Assembly (NCBI RefSeq): GCF_036971445.1
Contig: NC_091472.1
Span: 239,940,001 to 240,004,000, forward strand
DNA length: 64,000 nt
Reading direction: 5' to 3'
Source of the DNA: Narcine bancroftii
Lineage: Eukaryota
Below the pieces are notes generated by a model, which made no database searches, was not told where the DNA came from, and was given only the letters and a program-made list of their open reading frames with translations. Shown in pieces: positions 59,939-64,000 of the stretch. A program made the position numbers and the translations under genes. How positions within the stretch are numbered: the stretch's first letter is position 1; each line of letters opens with the position of its first letter.

Positions 59939-62900
59939 TTTGTCTTCAGTTCACCTGGTAACTGATTGAATGTCTCATGACCTCACACAGCCTGGTTTTT
60001 ATATGTTGGCGGAAAGGTCTCTCTCAGCTGCACTTATATTATTCTGATGACATTATTTTAAAATCAGTAATAAAGCAACAAAGCGCAGAGTGCAATTGCA
60101 AAATAAAGCGCGTGAAAGCACCTATGTCCCTTTGGCCTCATTCTGCCTCCATGTCAATTTCATTGTCTGCAGAGAGCTTGACCAGGCATTACAGCCCATT
60201 GTGCTCCTTAAAGCCTGTTTCCATGGCAATTCTCGAACAAGTCTTGAGCACAAAGGGCCCATTTCTGATGGGCTGATACAATGGCCCAGATACCCTCTGA
60301 AACAGGTCAGATTGAAGAACCAGAGAGTGCTGCTTTGATCACAACATTGCATGGTTAGCTACAAACAGCATGTGTTCAGATTCCAGCACATCGACCATTA
60401 TTAAGAATTAAGATTCAAGATTCAATTTATTGTCATGTAATAAAGACAATGCAATATTGCACAAAATTTGTTTTCATCTGCCGTATGGCAGATATATTCG
60501 CCATTGGCAGAAATCGCCTGAAGCGTCTCTTACAATCAGAGAAAGAGAAGCAAATGAGAGGTGTCCCCCCCCCAACTCCGAGTCACCGAGTCTCCATGAA
60601 TTCACATCCAGGGGGCTCCCGCAGCCCCTGCAGCCACACAGATTCCAGTCCTATCCATCAGCAGCCTGAACTCCAGATCAGAACCTCCAAAACGATCAGG
60701 AGCCCTTCAACGCCCTCAGGACCCTTTAGCATCCCAGTTCTGATACCTGGTACCCCTTCAGCCAGTCTTGAGCCACTCTCTAGCAGTCTGCAGTCCAATG
60801 TGAATCTCTCGACTGCAGTCGGCAGCAGCCTGCTGCCTGCATTAGTTCTTCACCTCGAGTTGCTAACAGCCCACAGCCTGAGTGTTCTTCAGCTGCAGAG
60901 TCCCTCGCTGGTCCGCCACCATGCTTACAGTTCTGTGGGTCATCTCCTCTGCTTCTCCTTCTCATACAAGGTGTGGTCTCTCTGTTTCTAGTGCCATGGG
61001 CCAGCCCTCTGCTTCCCCAGAGCCTGCAATCCCTTGTGGCTGCATAAGCGCCACCATCTTGGGCGCAGACCCTGTGTTTGCAGTATTTTGAAATACATCC
61101 ACCGTTGGTTTCATTTAAAGGTCCTTTAAAGCCTCAATGGAGCTGACAGCAGTTGGACTGGATGGTTGGACCCCGTGGAAACGCTGTGACTTCTCTCCCC
61201 TCTCTCTGCGGGTCTGCACCAGTGGCAGCGCTGCTTTTACAGCAGCTCCGTGAGCATTGCAATTTTCCTTTTACATTTTTGATAGAATTAGTTGCTGATA
61301 TTAACACCGGTGTCAGTGGTGTTCATTAAGCTGATACACCACTTGCCAATGTTTTGTTCTTTTCTCTTTTTGTTTGTCCTTCCTTCAAATGATCTGAATG
61401 TGTGTTACAATGGGGCAAGAGTAACAGAAAGATGTGAGAAAGATATACATTGCCTCATGGAACAGCCAATTGCCCTACTAACAGGAAAGGTTATAGTGAC
61501 AGACAACATCTCATTTGTAGTACCAAAGACTTGTGTTTGAGGCATAGCTGTACATTGAGTCAAACTGTCCCTCAACACATACAACACCGGCGTACTGTAT
61601 ATCTGATAATGTGCATGTTTCCCAACTATGTCCTGTGAACAAACATCAGGACTAATCCACCCTGGCTCATTCCCACCCCATCATTCTTCTCTTGATCCAC
61701 AGCAAAGACCAGAAATGTTCTATTGACAGTTACATTGAGCAATAACCCACTCACCAATCCCCACTTTGGGGAGCGCCTGACACCCAACCTTCTGTAAGAG
61801 CTGATCAGAGGATGGATCTCTTTGACAAGTGTATCACCTCTTGATATTCCAAAGATTTCGTTGCACCCACAAGGCACAAGTCAAGTGCACTGGACTGGAT
61901 AAGAGCATCTCCATCAACTCTCAGAAAATGGTGCCATCCAGGACAAAGCAATTTACTTGACTGCCTCTTCTCCCCCTCCCCCTGCAATCTTCCTTCCAAT
62001 GCTGGCGCACTGACATTATAGAGTGTATCATCTGCATAAGGATGACTTGGCTACTCCAATAACATCTCCTAAATCCTTGACATCTGCCTCCAAGAAGGCA
62101 AGCAGAACCATGGAACCTATAGCAATCCTTCAAGTCATAGATTATCTGGATCTGCTCATCCATCTAGATCCTGATATTTCCTTCTTCGCACCTTCAATGA
62201 AAGGGCAGCAGTGGTTCCAGAAGACAGCTCATCATTCACTGGTGAAGGAATACAAAGCAACTGAGTCAGAAATATTGTTGGAATCTACAAAATTCTTGGG
62301 ATCAGAAAGGGAACAGAGAATCTGCAGCATAGATTGGGATTGTTCCGCCCACTCTACCCATTCCTGACTCAGTCTATTGCATTCCCTACTCCCTCTTTGT
62401 ACAACAGCATTAATTTCTTCTCACTTCTCACTTGCTCATTGAATCTTCCTTTGAAGGTCAATATTGAACCAACTCTTGAAGCAGCTTCCACCCTTCTCTA
62501 AAGATTCATGGAAAGGAGCGAGGATGGAATGGCCATATGGCAGGACACAAAAGTGCTTGGGAAGCTCAACAGGTCATGTAGCATCCATGGAAAACAAAAA
62601 TCAGTTGATATTTCAGGCCTGAGCCCTTCTTGAGAATCAGGTAGATTGGAATGGGAGAGGGGAAGAGGATGGAAAGCAGTCTGGCAGGTAATATGAGGAT
62701 ACAGGTGGAGAGTGGAAAAGAAAGAAACTGAGAGGTGATACAGGGAGGAGGTATAAGGGATGAGAGGATGCTTTCTGTGAGGATGAGGATTGGGTGGGGA
62801 GCTAGAGCATAGAGAAGTGAGGGAAAGAGAGACTTGAGCAGGGTATTAATGGAAATTTGAGATTGATATTAATGCATTTTGGTTGGAGACCTGAGATGGA

Positions 62901-63039
62901 ATATCAGGTTTTCCTCCAATTTAAAAGTGTAGAATTTAAATGGTTGGACGCTGGGAGGACCTTGCCGTTGCAGTGGACAGAGTGAAGATATCAACAAAGC
63001 CATCTCCCAGCCTGCATCCAATCTCCCCATATGACCACA

Positions 63040-63830
63040 AAGCACAGGAGCAGAATTAGCCATACAGCCTATTGAGTATTCCCTCCCATTCCATCATGGC
63101 TGATTTATTTTCTTTTTCAACCCCATTCTCCTGCCTTCTACCTATAACGCTTGATTCCCTTACTAATTAATAACTTTTTTGACCTCTGTCTTAAATACAC
63201 GAAATGACTTGGCCTCCACAGTTGAACAGTAAATTCTGTAAATTCTATAGATTCCATAGATTCACCACCTTCTGGGTAAAAAAAATCTTGCTAATTTCTG
63301 TTCCAAAGGAATGGTTTTGTATTCTGAAATTGTGCCCTCTAGTACCAGTCTCCCGCACCATAGAAAACATTCTCTCCTCATCTACTAGATCCAGTCCTTT
63401 CAGTATTTGATAGGTTTCAATTGTGCCCTCTAGTACCAGTCTCCCGCACCACAGAAAACATTCTCTCCTCATCTACTCAATCCAGTCCTTTCAGTATTTG
63501 ATAGGTTTCAATTGTGCCCTCTAGTACCAGTCTCCCGCACCACAGAAAACATTCTCTCCTCATCTACTAGATCCAGTCCTTTCAGTATTTGATAGGTTTC
63601 AATTGTGCCCTCTAGTACCAGTCTCCCGCACCACAGAAAACATTCTCTCCTCATCTACTCAATCCAGTCCTTTCAGTATTTGATAGGTTTCAGTGAGATC
63701 CCCTCTCATTCTTCTAAACTCTAGAGAGTATGGTCCCAGAGCCATCAAGTATGTTTCATACAATAACCCTTTCACCCAGGGATCATTCAGGTACACCTCC
63801 TCTGTACTGTCTCCATTGTCAACACCTCCT
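63040..63830 (-). mobile_element. CR1 LINE 3' fragment containing a tandem amplification
   Basis: YSLEFRRMRGDLTETYQILKGLD and TRGHNF...FFTQKVVNLWN. Confidence 0.85.
63328..63691. repeat. 91-bp x4 tandem repeat with ABAB higher-order structure
   Basis: Units start at 63328, 63419, 63510 and 63601. Units 1 and 3 have tactagatcc; units 2 and 4 have tactcaatcc. Confidence 0.93.
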
Positions 63831-64000
63831 TCCTTCGATAATTGATGCACTGCATTTGCAAATTCTCAACATTTTTAAATGGCTTCCATGCTATTTTCTC
63901 TGACCTCACTTTTGACAAACCTAAGTCCCTAACCAGGTCATTTAATTTTGGCTGTGTTATCAGATGAGGATAACCAAGCATAAACAGTTCAACATCTAGA

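Noticed and set aside
63328-63691. Regularly spaced repeats resembling a CRISPR array
   Set aside because: Head-to-tail units with no unique spacers, derived from CR1 sequence in a vertebrate genome.

Overview
Eukaryotic (vertebrate) genomic DNA, most likely a cartilaginous fish, judging from the crystallin type and the CR1/L1/Penelope/tRNA-SINE repeat landscape. The window is a tandem gamma-crystallin cluster resembling shark gamma-S1. It holds five apparently intact 3-exon genes of 175 aa (coding exons 9+243+276 nt) at 8926-9933(+), 19780-23999(+), 36858-39530(+, across a 170-N gap), 45897-47406(-) and 53547-54856(+). It also holds three pseudogenes: 710-~3325(+), an orphan exon 3 at ~30584-30851(+), and 59020-59938(-). 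The rest is mostly decayed transposons. No prokaryotic-type system, CRISPR array or RNA gene is present, and most listed ORFs are repeat fragments or antisense shadows. Most notable observations: (1) the intron-1 donor is GC in some paralogues and GT in others; (2) a very young RTE LINE family has four copies here, one with a perfect 128-bp target-site duplication and two inside crystallin pseudogenes; (3) a perfect 53-bp inverted repeat brackets the orphan exon; (4) an inverted gene duplication carries an apparent promoter gene-conversion tract; (5) exons are homogenised while introns are not. Repeat boundaries were read by eye and are approximate unless a TSD is cited.
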